64,000 nt of DNA, from positions 1 to 64,000 of the IMG/VR virus record IMGVR_UViG_3300028392_001993; one strand, written 5' to 3'. Below the pieces are notes generated by a model. That model worked only from the letters and a program-made list of their open reading frames with translations, did not search any database and had not been told where the DNA came from. The translations under genes were made by a program, and so were the position numbers. The first letter of the stretch is position 1. Every line of letters begins with the position of its first letter. Source of the stretch: a virus. Positions 63,702 through 64,000 of the stretch are shown here, piece after piece.

Positions 63702-64000
63702 ATGACACAATCTGTAAAAGGTACACTTACCGAAGAAAACTTAAAAGCGGCATTTGCCGGAGAAAGCCAGGCCAATCGCCGTTATCTGTATTTTGCAAAC
63801 ATGGCCGATGTGGCCGGCGACAATGACATCTCGGCCCTGTTCCGTAGCACAGCCGAAGGCGAAACAGGCCACGCACACGGTCACATGGAATACCTGATTG
63901 ATGGTGGTTCGGGAGATCCTGCCACAGGCATGGCAGCCAAGACCACTGCTGAAGCATTAGAATCAGCCATACACGGCGAAACACATGAGTACACCGACAT
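63702..64000 (+). CDS. Rubrerythrin (3'-truncated by window; absent from ORF track)
   Basis: T.ENLKAAFAGESQANRRYLYFA...E..HA.GH...E..EY di-iron motifs. Confidence 0.9.
   Translation, partial: MTQSVKGTLTEENLKAAFAGESQANRRYLYFANMADVAGDNDISALFRSTAEGETGHAHGHMEYLIDGGSGDPATGMAAKTTAEALESAIHGETHEYTD

Noticed and set aside
186-63984. The many short alternative-frame and antisense ORFs in the track
   Set aside because: They overlap longer motif-bearing genes, lack RBS and show no coding features.
1-64000. Stop-codon reassignment
   Set aside because: Conserved genes are full length in code 11, all three stops are used, and no suppressor tRNA is seen.

Overview
A 64-kb segment of a large T4-like (jumbo-type) phage genome, read in standard code 11 and mostly on the + strand. 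From left to right: (1) late/virion genes, including multi-domain polyproteins whose domains are joined by GV(A/T)E-type linkers, a LysM protein and Dps; (2) replication genes (DsbA-like protein, family B DNA polymerase, sliding-clamp-like protein, RNase H/5'-3' exonuclease); (3) a 7-deazaguanine modification cluster (TGT/DpdA-like, QueD-like DpdL candidate, FolE, QueD, QueE, no canonical QueC) interleaved with glycosyltransferases, an epimerase, PLP enzymes, a B12 radical SAM enzyme and a methyltransferase; (4) small early genes behind sigma70-like promoters; (5) an accessory region with PP-loop proteins, Bug/TctC-like binding proteins, radical SAM enzymes, 2OG-Fe(II)-like oxygenases, two HNH endonucleases, a circularly permuted tmRNA and 24 tRNA genes. 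The least explained structures are an array of long-stem-clamped RNA cassettes among the tRNAs and tmRNA, a repeat-bounded domain-shuffling signature in the virion polyproteins, a riboswitch-like pseudoknot in front of queD, and two leader-peptide attenuators. All calls come from manual motif reading and hand-folding; no database search or folding program was run.
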